64,000 nucleotides of DNA from Octopus sinensis (lineage: Eukaryota): NCBI RefSeq assembly GCF_006345805.1, contig NW_021835968.1, positions 6,234 through 70,233 of the forward strand. Direction: 5' to 3'. The notes beneath the pieces are model-generated. The model was not told the DNA's origin and did not search any database. It saw nothing but the letters and a program-made list of their open reading frames with translations. Position 1 is the stretch's first letter. Each line of letters starts with the position of its first letter. The position numbers and the translations under genes are program-made. Positions 1 through 12,508 of the stretch are shown piece by piece.

Positions 1-95
1 AATGGACTGGCATCATGTCCTGGGGGGAAGTTATATATGCCACGGAAACTGGAAAACCAGCTCTATGAGTCTATGATTTGGAAAGTATCTTTTCC
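1..95 (+). mobile_element. 3' fragment of a tRNA-derived SINE (same family as 947-1233)
   Basis: GGACTGGCATCATGTCC...TATATGCCACGGAAACTGG resembles the 3' half of the minus-strand element at 947-1233 (GGACTGGCGTCCGGTCC...TATATGCCAAGGAAACCGG). Confidence 0.5.
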
Positions 96-255
96 TACTC
101 TGGATGATTTAATCCACTAACCTATCCCTTCAAATTTCTGGCCTTGTGTTAGAAACAATTGTTAGGTACATGATCATAAGGCTATCAGTTCAATTCCTGA
201 AATGGGTAGTGCATTGTATTCCTTGAACAAAATATTTCATTCAGTCTGCTCATTG

Positions 256-557
256 GGCCGACCAAAGACTTGTGAGTGGATTTGGTAGACGGAAACTGAA
301 AGAAGCCCGTCATATATATGTATATATATATATGTATGTATGTGTTTGTGTGTCTGTGTTTGTCTCCCCAACATTGCCTGACAACTGATGCTGGTGTGTT
401 TACGTCCCCATAACTTAGCAGTTCGGCAAAAGAGACCGATAGAATAAGTACTAGGCTTACAAAGAATAAGTCCTGGGATCGATTTGCTTGACTAAAGACG
501 GTGCTCCAGCATGGCTGCAATCAAATGACTGAAACAAGTGAAAGAGTAAAGAGTAGA
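256..557 (+). mobile_element. SINE family A, 5'-truncated copy
   Basis: Matches the body and tail (GTGAGTGGATTTGGTAGACGGAAACTGAAAGAAGCCC ... CAGCATGGC..CAAATGACTGAAACAAGT..AAGAGTA) shared by more than 15 copies in this window. Confidence 0.8.
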
Positions 558-610
558 GCAAAAGTAAACTGAGATACAGTGGTTCCAGATGGACGGACAA
601 AATTTCGCTT

Positions 611-647
611 TTATTATTATTATTTTATTATTATTATTGTTGTTATT

Positions 648-678
<31 letters not shown>

Positions 679-692
679 TTATTATTTTATTA

Positions 693-728
<36 letters not shown>
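611..728. repeat. (ATT)n microsatellite
   Basis: Direct reading; it is the source of the poly-Y/I/L ORFs at 579 and 589. Confidence 0.95.
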
Positions 729-729
<1 letters not shown>

Positions 730-946
730 GATGTCATACTGCATATTTTTATGGTTACAACAAGCTATATGTGTTGCCACTGCACAGAGTATGGGAACAG
801 AAAATTATGCCCAGTTGCCTATGTGAATGCCCGTACTCTGTGGCTGTACCAGTCTCCATGTCCTCTGTCATCATATTATTGCTTGTGTCTGTGTGTGTGT
901 CTGTGTTTATATGTGTGGTTGTGCATGTAGTAACCTTTTCATAAAT

Positions 947-1233
947 TGTTTGTTTGTTTGTTCCTTTTCGAGCCTTTTCCGGTTTCCTTGGCATATAGGT
1001 TTCCCACCTGGACCGGACGCCAGTCCCTTGCAGGTGAGCTGCAAGATGCAGGAGGAAAGAGTGAGAGAAAGTTGTGGCGAAAGAGTCAGCAGAAGTTCGC
1101 CATTACATTCTGCCAGAGCCGCATGGAGCTTAGGTGTTTCGCTCATGAACACACATCGCTCGGTCTGAGATTCGAACCCACAATCCCTCGACTGCGAGTC
1201 CGCTACTCTAACCACTAGGCCATGTGCCTCCAC
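947..1233 (-). mobile_element. Full-length tRNA-derived SINE with 15-bp target-site duplication
   Basis: Minus strand begins with a tRNA-like head (GGCACATGGCCTAGTGGTTAGAG A-box; GGGTTCGAATCTC B-box) and ends in (AAAC)n. It is flanked by an identical AACCTTTTCATAAAT at 932-946 and 1234-1248. Confidence 0.88.
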
Positions 1234-1397
1234 AACCTTTTCATAAATAAAGGGGGGGAAAATAGTCTTCATTAATATTTGTGTGTTTGTGTGTAGTGTC
1301 CAAGATCTGTGTACAGTATGTGTGGCCTGTTATCTAAGTGTATGTATTTGTGTGACTACGTACATATGTATGTGTATATGTTTATACAAATTCATTC

Positions 1398-1613
1398 TAC
1401 TCTCTTTACTCTTTTACTTGTTTCAGTCCTTTGACTGCAGCCATGCTGGAGCACTGCCTTTAGTCGAGCAAATCGACTCCAGGACTTATTCTTTGTAAGC
1501 CTAGTACTTATTCTATCGGTCTCTTTTGCCAAGCCGCTTAGTTACGGGGACGTAAACACACCAGCATCAGTTGTCAAGTGATGTTGGGAGAACAAACATA
1601 TACACACACACAC

Positions 1614-1676
<63 letters not shown>

Positions 1677-1844
1677 TACATACGACGGGCTTCTTTCAGT
1701 TGCCGTCTACCAAATCCACTCACAAGGCTTTGGTCGGCTTGAGGCTATAGTAGAAGACACTTGCCCAAGGTGCCACACAGTGGGACTGAACCCGAACCAT
1801 GTGGTTGGTAAGCAAGTTATTTACCACACAGCCACTCCTGCGCC
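1398..1844 (-). mobile_element. SINE family A, full-length (tRNA-like head, CORE-like CCTTGGGCAAGT segment, internal (TA/CA)n, AAGAGT tail)
   Basis: Reverse complement matches the copies at 38103-38505 and 48205-48570 end to end. Confidence 0.88.
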
Positions 1845-2379
1845 TATTCTGTATACTTTAACAGTAGTGTTGATGTTAACCTTCCCATTCTTGACCTTTC
1901 GTGTGGTCACTTCCTTTTTGTTTAATGTGAAGTCAAAGATGAACAAAAGGTTTATTGTAATGATTCCTTCTTTAAATGCTACTTAAACGCTTGGGTTTTT
2001 TAGTAATCAACTTATGCCCTCCCGCAAAATTGCTGTCCTTGTGCCAAAATTTGAAACCAATAAGTACCAGCTGTTATCTTGTTTTTGATATTACTTTAAA
2101 TATCTATGGCTTGACCATTACTGCAGAGAATTAGACATAATGCTTTGTTGACCATTGTCTTACCACTCTAATATCACACTCTTAATCATTTCCTTCTGGT
2201 TCTTTGTGATCTGGGTTCAAATCCCATCAAGGTCAATGCTTTTTCATATTTTCTGTGTTGATAAAGTAGAGGGCCATTCAAGTACTGGGTCATTGGCATC
2301 AGCTAACCCTTGCATGTTACAAACAATTATGGTAGAATTAAAGGTGAGACAGTGACAAAATCATTTAAAGTGTCAACAT

Positions 2380-3712
2380 TCTGAGTTCAAATTCCGCTGA
2401 GGTCAATTTTGCCTTTCATCCTTTTGGAGTTAATAAATTAAATATCAGTGAAACACTGGGGTCAATATAATGAACCACCCCACCTCCACCAAATTTTCAA
2501 ACCTTGTGACTATAGTAGAAAGGATTATTATTATTGTTATTATTATTATTGAGTGAGAGAGCAGTGCATGCCATCAAAGTGACACTGGAGTAAAATATAT
2601 GATGCCCAGTATACCCATCATGACTATCCGTCTGATAAGGGTACACTAAGCACATGCATTACAACCATATGTGCACAACATGGTGATCTCATATCAAGAT
2701 AAACAGCACATGACCTTGCAGGTGGGGCCCAGTTAGAATTTTCTCCTGGCCGAGTAGCCCATCTCGCTCAAAAGGTCCCTAAATAAGGATTGTTTAAGAA
2801 TGTTGAACAAACCACCCATGTTTCCAAAGGTGAATTATCCAAACCTCTAAGAATTCCTTTCAACACACGGCTATGAGGCTCCCTCACTACTTCTGCTCGG
2901 GATCAGAGATGCACATATCGTCAGCCGCTAAGGGACATGGTCAACTGGTTAAGGTCAAACAACTGACAAGCAAATCTGTGGTATTGAGCAGAATATTTTA
3001 TACCAAAGCAAAACAATGTACATAACACTTCCATTATTATTATTATCATCATCATCATCATCGTCATTACCATAAATTGGCTGAACCATTAGCACGTCAG
3101 GCAAAATGCTTACCAATATCTTTATGTTCTGAGTTCAAATTCTGCCAAAGTCAACTTTACATTTCATCCTTTCAGAGTTGATAAAATAAGTACCAGTCAG
3201 AAACTAGGCTCAATCTAACCAACTTATCCCTCCCCTCAAAAACTGCTGGTTTTGTGGTAAAATTTGAAACCATTATGTCATTGGTAGCAGAATCATTAGT
3301 ATGTTGGACAAAATGCTAGGCGGTATTTTGCCCATCACTGCATTCTGAGTTCAAATTCCACTGAGGTCAGCTTTGCCTCTCGTCCTTTTGAGGTTGTTAA
3401 ATTAAGTACCAGTGAGACACTGGAGTCAATGTAATCGACTAGACCCCTCACCCCAAATTTTAGGCCTTGTACCTTTAATAGAAGGGATTATTATTATTCT
3501 TTTCTACTCTAGGCAAAAGGCCCGAAATTTCTGGGGAGGGAGCCAGTCAATTAGATCAACCCAGTACACAACTGGTACTTAATTTATTGACCCCAAAAGG
3601 ATGAAAGGCAAAGTCGACCTCAGAATTTGAACTCAGAACATAAAGACAGACAAAATACTGCTAAGCATTTCGCTCAGTGTGCTAACGTTTCTGCCAGCTC
3701 GCTCACCTTATA
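2380..3712. mobile_element. Cluster of SINE family B copies (CCTTTCATCCTTT..GGGGTCGATAAA..AAGTACCAG core, (ATT)n tail), including a tail-to-tail inverted pair at 3288-3712
   Basis: Copies at about 2380-2545(+), 3075-3270(+), 3288-3497(+) and 3490-3712(-) share TTCTGAGTTCAAATT and the core. The core resembles the Meta/Sauria-type SINE domain (recalled, unverified). Confidence 0.8.
2546..3000 (-). mobile_element. Unclassified retroposon 3' segment ending in an (AAT)n tail
   Basis: More GC-rich non-microsatellite block whose minus strand ends ...GCATGCACTGCTCTCTCACTC followed by (AAT)n. The family was not identified. Confidence 0.35.
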
Positions 3713-3720
3713 ATTATTAC

Positions 3721-3751
<31 letters not shown>

Positions 3752-4559
3752 GTTATTGTTATTGTTATTATTATTATTTTTTTATTGTTATTATTATTAT
3801 TATTATCATCGGCATTATTATTATTATGGCTTAGTGGCATTTTCTTCCAGTTTTACATTTGACTTCAAATTCCTCCAAAGTTGACTTCCTTTTTGTCCTT
3901 GATAAAATAAATTACCAGTCAAGCACTGGGATATACCCTTAAGACCACTGGTCTTATGCCAGAATTTAAAGCAATTCTTATTGTTTTGAAATCATTAGAG
4001 TATCATAAAGTGCACCTGGTGGCATCTGTTCCAGCTCTTTAGATTCTAGCAGGGTCAAATGTGCCTTTTTTCCCCTCCAAGGTCAACAAAATGAAGCTGC
4101 AATCAGTCAACTACTGGGGTCAGTGATACCAATTAACCCCTTCCCTTTTCCCTTATGTCTAAATAAGAAACCATTATAATTTAGGTTACATGGAGTGGTA
4201 GAGTTCAAATGGTGCTCAGCCCATAAACCCTGTTGCTTCATCCTACATCACTTCATTCCTCCAGGGTCAACATGTATATAAAAAAAATACCAAGTTAATC
4301 AACTCAGTTTCTGGCCCTTGGGTCAACATGACCAATTTATTAGTATTGCACAGCATTTCTTTCTTTTTTGTTGTTGTTTCTTTCTTTTACTCAATCTAAA
4401 ATACCATTGTTATCTTATTTTGTTTCTCCCTTATATAGTGTAACGAAAGGAAATTAATATGCTCACTCATGATCTACTAACTCTACCGCAAGCAAGAATT
4501 AAAAATAAACACTGTATATAGGCCAGTGTCTCCATTTATGCATATTGCTGATGACCCAC

Positions 4560-4860
4560 TCAGAAAGAAATAGAAAGAGAAACAGATGGACAGATAGATA
4601 AAAAAGATGATATGACTGGCAGATAAACAGATAGGCAGATAAAAAGATGGAATGAAAGTCGGGCAGATAGGAAAATAAATTGAAAGACAGACAGACAGAT
4701 GGACAGGTAGACACATAAAAAGATGGAATGAAAGTCAGGCAGATAGGAAAATAAAATGAAAGACAGATACATAGACAGGCAGAGAGATAGATAAATGGAC
4801 AGACACACACACACACATACACACTGAAAGGCAAATTGACAAACAGATAGACAGATAACA
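4560..4860. repeat. Compound (AGAT/AGAC)n tract with a roughly 80-bp internal direct repeat
   Basis: ATAAAAAGATGGAATGAAAGTC.GGCAGATAGGAAAATAAA.TGAAAGACAGA occurs at about 4638 and 4716. Confidence 0.8.
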
Positions 4861-7004
4861 AAAAGGTAATGAAACTAAAAAGACATCCCTCATGTTGTGT
4901 CCTAATGTTGCCTTTTCATGTATTACATGTTACACTGGGAGATGTGCAATTAAATAGCTTCTGTTGATATTTCTTCTTTTTTTCTTTCTTTTTTTTTTTG
5001 TTTTACATCTTTCAGTATCTCCCTTTCTCTCTCTTTCTCTCCACACACACACACATACATACATACATACATACATACATACATACGCATGTATGTACAC
5101 ACAGACATTTGTATGCACACTTAGATGCATATGTGTATGTATGTCTGTCTATTTCTATCTCTACATATATACATATACACACACACACATATGTATACCG
5201 ACATAGACACACTCACTCACAGTAACAAACATATATACACTCAAGCATACAACCACACACACACATTACATAGTAACAACAGTTGCTGTATTATTCCAAG
5301 CATGACCTCGTTTCTTCATAGAAAACATATTTACGTTTAGAAAAGTGAACGAAAGATAGAAAAAAAAATAATTAAAAATTCATTATTTCAAAGAAACACA
5401 ACGACTGTCATTGATTTTTAATTATATCTCTCCCTTCTTTCTACCCCACCCCCTCCAATTAAGCAACAATTTATGTCGTTTGACTTTGGAAATTATGTTA
5501 TCAAGCAATGAATAAATATGAAATGTTTAAAAGTCACTTATGAGTAAAGACAACCCAACAATGACTGTCTTGCCTTTTTTTTTTTTCTTTTTTCACTTTC
5601 AGACATAATAAATCTAGAATTACATCATCTAATGTGTCCCTTTGGGTTGTAGGGGAGATAAATATAAACTAAAGTACTGATCAAGTACTGGAAGTCAATG
5701 TGAATTGATTTAACCCCCCCGCCCACTTTTTTTTTAAGACTTGAAACAGTTTGCTGGCCTCGTGCCAAATTTTGAATTGTTGTTGTTGTTGTTGTTGTTA
5801 TGATGTGAGTTGATAGAACTGTTAGCACCCCAGGCAAAATGCTTGGCAGCATTTCATGTCTCTTTATGTTCTTGAGAAGACCCATCAAGCCAAGTGAGAT
5901 TTTAGCTTTGGCTGATGTCAGTGTCGCATAACTGGCACATAAGAGGCACCCTTCGAACATTGGGCAATATGCTAAGTCAAGTGAAATCATAATCATGGCC
6001 AATGCCAGTGCTGGTGGCACGTAAAAAGTACCATTCTAGTGTTGGGCCCCATGAAGGCAGTGACAGGTAACTGAGACCTTTGGTGATGTACCATGCTTTG
6101 AGAAGACCTGTCAAGCCAACTGAGATCATAGTTGTAGCTGGTGCCAGTGTTACATAACTGGCACCCATAATGATGAATTGCAATACAGGATTGCACTATA
6201 TTCCTACATTATTATGTAATTATTTCTGCATTTTGGTGAAACACGTGTATCTCCTATAGACCTTTGAATACCACACCTCTTTCTGTGCTTATTATATATA
6301 TATAAAGAGACAGACAGATAGATAATGTATATTTACGTGTATATAAAGTAAACAAAAAAAAAATGGATTATATGAATCTTTTTCCTTATAGTTCCTTTAT
6401 TTGAAATTCAAATTCCTAATCCCACCTCAAATTATGAAGAAATGATTATCTCCCTTGCAATACCTGTGACCATCAGGGGCACCACATGTTCTTAGGCAAA
6501 TATACTTTTTATTTTTAGCTGGCAGAATTGTTACCACACCAAGCAAAATGCTTAGCAGCATTTCATCTGCCTTCACGTTCTGAGTTCAAATTCTGCTGCG
6601 GTCAACTTTGCCTTTCATCCTTTTGGGGTCAATAAGATAAGTACCAGTTGAGTACTGAGAATCAATGTAATTGACTAACTCCCCGCTCCCCTAGGTTTGA
6701 AGCCCTGCACAGCCTGTAGTAGATAGGACTGTCAGAAAGTTGTAAGTGTATCTTTCTGCCAACTCAGTGGCTGAGAGTTTCATGCCATGTATGGAACACT
6801 CAGCCCTTGAGCCACTTTTGTAACTTTGTGTCAATGTACAGGCATGGCCATGTGGTTTTAAAGCTCACTTTTGAACCACGTGATTTTGGGTTCAGTCACA
6901 CTGTGTGGCACCTTTAGCAAGTGTTTTCTACTATAGCTGTACTCCAACCAATGGCTTGTGAGTGGATTTGGTAAATGGAAAGTGAAACAAGCCCTTCTTA
7001 GACA

Positions 7005-7490
7005 AACAGACAAATAAATAGATAGATAGACAGATGCACACACTGACAGACAGACAAATGGATAGATAGATAGATTGATAGATACACATGCCAACAGACA
7101 GATAGATGGATAGATAGACAGATAGATACCCACCGACTAACAGACAAATAGATACACACACCGACAGACAGACAAATAGATAGATAGATAGATTGATAGA
7201 TACACATGCCAACAGACAGATAGATGGATAGATAGACAGATAGATAGATAGACAGACAGATACACACACTGACAGACAGACAAATGGATAGATAGATTAA
7301 TAGATACACATGCCAACAGACAGAGATGATGAATAGATAGATAGATAGATTGATACATACACACCAACAGACAGATAGATGAATAGAGAGATAGACAAAT
7401 AGATAGATAGATTGATTGATAGATACACACACCAACAGACATATAGAAAGATAGATAAATAGATAGATGGAGGACGGATGGACTGACTGA
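7005..7490. repeat. Compound (GATA/GACA)n tract with higher-order units
   Basis: GATACACATGCCAACAGACAGA recurs at about 7081, 7200 and 7303 among GATA/GACA runs. Confidence 0.85.
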
Positions 7491-7539
7491 CTGGATAATT
7501 AACATTAAATGATGATGTATATATGTTTGTCCTCTCCTT

Positions 7540-7770
7540 GCATGATAGTTGTAAATGAGCATCACTGTCATACAAGCAGTGTCCATTGTTTCTAATTTTC
7601 TGCAAAAACATGTGTAGCCACAGGGAAATATTTTCTTGCTTGGAAACAGGCTATGGTTGGCTACAGGAAGAACATCCAGCTGTAGAAAATCTGTCTCAAC
7701 AAAATTTTATTTGATTCATGTAAGCATGGAAAAGTGGACGTTAAAACAATGAGGATAATGATGATGATGT
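7540..7770 (+). mobile_element. SINE-like family E carrying an RTE-type 3' tail
   Basis: Ends ...AGGAAGAACATCCAGCTGTAGAAAATCTGTCTCAAC...GGACGTTAAAACAATGA..(GAT)n. Related copies lie at about 10175-10330(-), 43600-43810(+) and 62990-63230(-). Confidence 0.6.
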
Positions 7771-7804
7771 ATCGAGTTCTACTTATCCTGTCTGTTTTCC
7801 CAAA

Positions 7805-7868
<64 letters not shown>

Positions 7869-7882
7869 AGTGTATACATATA

Positions 7883-8262
7883 TATATATAAAAAGCTGAA
7901 GTTGTCTGTGTGTGGCAGGTTTGGTAGTCTTCAACTAACACTATCTTCTCTGAGACCCTGCGGTGCAAGTTGACCAAAATTGAAAGTATGATAGAAGAAG
8001 GCTTGCTCTTCCTTCCGTAGAAGAAATCAGACCATATTAACACCCAAAATTATTTACATCAAAAAGGTGCTATTTTTCTATGAAAATGCCTATTTTTTAC
8101 GATTTTTTTTACTGCTGTGTCGCCATTTTTCGGTGTATTTCAACCAGAAAAATGTTCACTTAAAGAGAATAACAAGCTACATAATGCAAAATTTTTACTT
8201 TTCAAAAATTCCAATTCTAAAGAGTTGAAACAAACCCGAACAATGCCAGGCGATACTGCTAG
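7883..8262 (+). mobile_element. Non-autonomous Helitron-like element
   Basis: Starts within (TA)n with AAAAGCTGAAGTTGTCTGTGTG. Ends with a degenerate subterminal hairpin (CCCGAACAATGCCAGG) and CTAG at 8259-8262 followed by T. No ORF. Confidence 0.5.
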
Positions 8263-8271
8263 TATATATAT

Positions 8272-8324
<53 letters not shown>

Positions 8325-8361
8325 ATGTATATATATATACACATGCAAACACGTGTACATA

Positions 8362-9631
8362 CGAGGGGCGTTCAATAAGTAATGCCCCTGACCCACTTCC
8401 CATAGCAGTAGAGCAACGACACTTGGCACAGTTATTAGTCTTTTCCTACATAGGAACTACCCAGAGTTATGCATTTCTCCCATCGTTTGATACAGCTCTG
8501 GAGACTGTTTTTGTAGAAGACCCCAGCTTGGTCCTCCAACCACGACGTGACTTCAGAAATCAAGGCTGCCTCATCTGGGAAACGCTTTCCTTTCAAAATC
8601 AACTTCATGGCTGGGAAGAGGTGAAAATCAGAGGGTGCAAGGGGAGGAGTTCATAGCTGCACGCCTGTGCTTCTGATCTGGCGACACGCGAGTTGTGGAC
8701 CGGAGCGTTGTCCTGCAGGAGGAGGATGCCTTTGCTGATCTTGCCCCGCCTCTTGATTTTGATAGCTTTTCTTAATTTCCTCAAAAGTGAAGCATAATAG
8801 GCTCCTGTAATTGTGGTACCCTTTGCCAGGAAATCTGTCATCACTACTCCGTCCTGGTCCCAGAAGACTGTGAGCATAACCTTGTCAGCGGAGGGCTGCA
8901 CCCTTGCCTTCTTTGGAGGAGGTGAGTCACGGTGCTTTTACTGCATTGACTGGGCTTTGGTCTATGGATCATAGTGATGGACCCAGGTTTTATCCTGTGT
9001 GATCAGTCTTTTGAAAAATTTTGACTCATCTTCTTGGCACATCTCCAAATTCATCCTCGAGCACTCAACGCGTTCTTGCTTCTGGAAAGGTGTGAGCAAC
9101 CGGGAAATCCATCTGGCAGACACCTTTTGCATATGCAAATGGTCATGAATGATAGTTTCCACAGACCCGGTACTAATCTTGACCTTATGAGCTATTTGGC
9201 GAATAGTTATGCGTTGACCTTCCAAAATGGCAGCCTCAACTTGACGGACAGACGTCTCATCAACGGCGAAAGGGGGCGACCAGATCTGGGAGCTGTTTCC
9301 ACAGAGTTCCGACTATGTTTGAATTCACAATGCCAGCGTTTTTCAAGGTCATATGATGGGGCATCATCACCATAAGTTACTTTCATTTCATCAAAAGTCT
9401 CCCGTGGTGTGCATCCTTTCAAATACAAAAACCAGATCACTGCTCGACACTCAACAGGCTCCATTTCACACTTGACTCAGTTCAAACACCTGTAAATCAA
9501 AAACCACAATAAATTCAGAGCTGTAATTCGCCACTTAATCTATAGAGGTATAAATAAGTGCACATGCAAAATTTCAGCTAGATCAAACAACTGCAAGTGG
9601 GTCAGGGGCATTACTTATTGAACGCCCCTCG
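8362..9631 (-). mobile_element. Full-length (1270 bp) Tc1/mariner (mariner-type) DNA transposon
   Basis: Perfect 37-bp TIRs CGAGGGGCGTTCAATAAGTAATGCCCCTGACCCACTT at 8362-8398 and 9595-9631, TA duplication at 8360-61 and 9632-33, and an internal transposase remnant. Confidence 0.97.
8435..9464 (-). pseudogene. Mariner transposase, frameshifted, lacking the HPPYSPD motif
   Basis: MEPVECRAVIWFLYLKG..GRP HTH region, WISRLL (WVPRLL-like), TQDKTWVHHYDP (first D), LQDNAPVH (second D). SYELLP joins directly to LAPSDFHLFP, so the third catalytic D is deleted. Ends WEKCITLGSSYVGKD*. Confidence 0.93.
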
Positions 9632-9999
9632 TATGTGTACTGGATTTTTAGCATCGCTCTTAAATTAAATATTATCCAGAGTATTTGCCAGATGTTTTGT
9701 ATTCAATTTAGTTTCAATGAAACAATTATGAAAAGAGCTTATTTCCTTCTCTGTTTCTCAATTCTAGAACTATTCCAGACAATCTGATTTCTATTGAGGG
9801 AGATTTTACAGTCAAATAAATTTTTTATGGTTTAATTCTCCTCTTTTTCGTTTGTTTCGTTCACAACAGTTCACTTATTTGGGAATGATGATGACAAACT
9901 TCTCAAACAGAGTCTGTTTAAAATAGCTTTATTCAAAAATAAATAAATTAATAAATAAAGTGGTTATATTGTTTATTTGATCTGCCTCAATTTTATCAT

Positions 10000-10210
10000 C
10001 TCCATCATCTACATCATTTTCATCATCTCCATCATCATCATCATCATCATCGTCTCCATCATCATCACCACTTGATCACCATGGTCTTCAGTGTCATTGA
10101 CATTATCATCCTTCTCGTCATCATCATTATCTTCATCACCATTATCATCATCATCATCACCACCATCAACATCCTGATTTTCATCATCATCATCATCATC
10201 ATTTCATCCA
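10000..10210. repeat. Imperfect (CAT/CAC)n triplet tract
   Basis: Direct reading. Confidence 0.85.
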
Positions 10211-10510
10211 TATTTCCTTGGTTGTATTGTTGAAGCAGATCTATTCTACATCTGGATGCTCTTCCTGTCACCAACCCCATCTGTTTCCAAGCAAGCTATT
10301 AGCTGCCATCTTCTTGGGAACAATAAACAGCTTCATGGCCAGACATGTTTTCACAGAAGATTGTAAGCAATAACACTGTTGACTTTGTTTACAGTCAGTG
10401 CACAAAACATGAAGCAAAGAGGAAAATGAGAACATGCTCACAAACACACATACACTCACATATGCATGCACTAACACACTCACACCACACACACACACCA
10501 CACACACACA

Positions 10511-10541
<31 letters not shown>

Positions 10542-10649
10542 CAACACACACACACAGATTAGGATTCTTACAGTTTCTATCTACTAATTCAGTCTCATTG
10601 ATCAAACTTTTGCTTATACTGGCACTCCAATGGTTACAGCTATGAAGAG

Positions 10650-10890
10650 AGTTCCAATTGATCTAATCAATGGAACAGCCTGCTCGTGAAATTAACATGC
10701 AAGTGGCTGAGTACTCCACAGACATTGATACCCTTAATGAACATAGTTCTCAGGGAGAAGGCTGGCCCTATGAAATACATTTTTGCCAGCCAAGTGGAAT
10801 AAAGTGTTTCGCTCAAGGACACATGTCTCTGGGAATTGAACTCACGACCATACGATTGTAAGCCAAATAACCTAAGCATTAACCACGTGC
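10650..10890 (-). mobile_element. tRNA-derived SINE (family C variant)
   Basis: Minus strand has GTGGTTAATGCTTAGG..GTGAGTTCAATTCCC head, CTTGAGCGAAACAC core and CACGAGCAGGCTGTTCC tail, shared with 17925-18175. Confidence 0.7.
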
Positions 10891-10964
10891 CTTTACATTA
10901 GGACCATAGGGATTAGGGATCATGTGGTTAAGTAGCAAACCATCCTTGTGCTCATGGCCATGAT

Positions 10965-11150
10965 TAAATGAAGCCCTTCACTCCCTGCTGAGCACATACC
11001 ATTGATGACTATTCTCCACTGTCCTCAAATCTGGGATGTTTCTTCTGCATGTCTCCATTTGGTGTTCTGCTTTTCCCTTTGCAGCTTCCTTTCACCTTTT
11101 GTTGTTGTTCCATCTCATATGTTTCCCTGAGGTAAGGTCTGCCTCTGCCA
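10965..11150 (-). pseudogene. Possible degraded C-terminus of an RTE-like LINE ORF2
   Basis: One minus frame reads KLQREKQNTKWRHAEETSQI*GQWRIVINGMCSAGSEGL. This resembles the RTE-type terminus 'W.E.E..AQDR..WR..V.GLCS' (pattern recognition only). Confidence 0.3.
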
Positions 11151-11844
11151 GACTTTGTCGGTTTTGAATTGTCTTTCTTTAATCTCTTATCGTTTGCTTG
11201 TTTCACTCCTGAAACTGTGACCATGCTGGGGCACTGCTTTGAGCGATTTTAGTCAAACAAATCGATCCCAATGCTTTTTTAAGTCTGGTTCTTATTTTAT
11301 CGGTCCTTTTTGCCAAACTGCCAAGTTATGTGGACATAAACACACCAACATCGGTTGTCAGGCAGTGGGGGGGTGTAAATATGGACACAAAGACACACAC
11401 ATGTATAATGTGGGCTTCTTTCAGTTTCTATTTACCAAGTCCACTCACAAGGCTTTGGTCAGTGCAAGGCTATAGTAGAAAACACTTGCCCAAGGTGCCA
11501 TACTATGGGACTGGATTTGGAACCATGTGGTTGGAAAGCATACTTTTTACCTCACAGCCTGTGCTTATATGCAAACCTCCTAAATATTTCATCCTTTCTC
11601 CAGGGACACGGTTTTGTAATTAGGATTGTGGAATGGCAGAATTGATAAAGCATTAAAAGTAAATAGCTTGCAGTATTTAGATTCATTGCTTTTTGTTCTG
11701 GGTTCAAATCTCAACAGAATCACTTCTTGTTTTCATCTTCCTCAACACCAGGTCTGTTGCACTGTCTTTGCTTTCTCTCTTTCTCAAATTTGTGACCCTC
11801 TTCCTCTGTTTGAAATCATATTTTACATTGAAAACCTCAATCAA

Positions 11845-12250
11845 GGCCTGCTGTAGCATATTAAAAATACAAGTTTAAAATATAGATCTTGGCTGCTTGC
11901 TGTGCAATACTTACTTGCTGAAAATATAGTTCTAGGCTCATGGTTGAGAATATTAAAATACTTGAATGATAAAAATATAGATTTCAGTTGGTTGTACAAT
12001 ACTGAAATGATTAAAATGTTGATGTAGGCTTGCTGGAGAATATTAAAATATTGCAATAATTTAAATATAGATCTAGGCTTTCCATACAATATTAAAATAC
12101 ATCAATGATAAAAATATAGATTTCAGCTTGCTGTACAATACTAATATAATTAAAATACTGATGTAGGCCTGCAGTAGACTGCCACTTTGCTTTGATGATT
12201 AAAGTATAGATCTAGTCTTGCTGTAGCATATCAAAATAACTAAAAATATC
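11845..12250. repeat. Degenerate AT-rich minisatellite, roughly 40-45-bp unit
   Basis: AAATATAGAT(C/T)T..GCTTGCTGTACAATATTAAAATA recurs at about 11878, 11975, 12063, 12112 and 12205. Confidence 0.75.
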
Positions 12251-12290
12251 CATTTAAATAACTTGCTCTTTCATGGTTCTGTATTCTATA

Positions 12291-12508
12291 TTAACACTTC
12301 AGCATTTAAAACAGCCACATCCTGCCCAAATGTTCTACCTTCTCTATGTTCAAACTGGCCATATCCAGCCTCTCACACCTACCTTACAATGTCATTTTTA
12401 AAATAAACAATCACATTATCAAAGTTTCGAAATTATGATATAATCCATGATGAACGGGAATAAGCATGTGATACCTTTGACAGAACGATCTGAATGCTAA
12501 AGGGTTAA
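12291..12508. mobile_element. TTAA-flanked MITE family 1 (piggyBac-like ends)
   Basis: TTAACACTTCAGCATT ... AATGCTAAAGGGTTAA imperfect terminal inverted repeats with TTAA at both ends. Related copies at about 17050-17275 (opposite orientation) and 61385-61595. Confidence 0.7.

Noticed and set aside
907-1272. 121-aa ORF, and tRNA-like A/B boxes as a tRNA gene
   Set aside because: It is a SINE with a 15-bp TSD. No SINE head in the window forms a complete cloverleaf that I could verify, so no tRNA genes are called.
11085-11131. Plus-strand 47-nt exon candidate with strong splice signals
   Set aside because: It overlaps a probable degraded LINE C-terminus on the opposite strand, and no partner exons were found.
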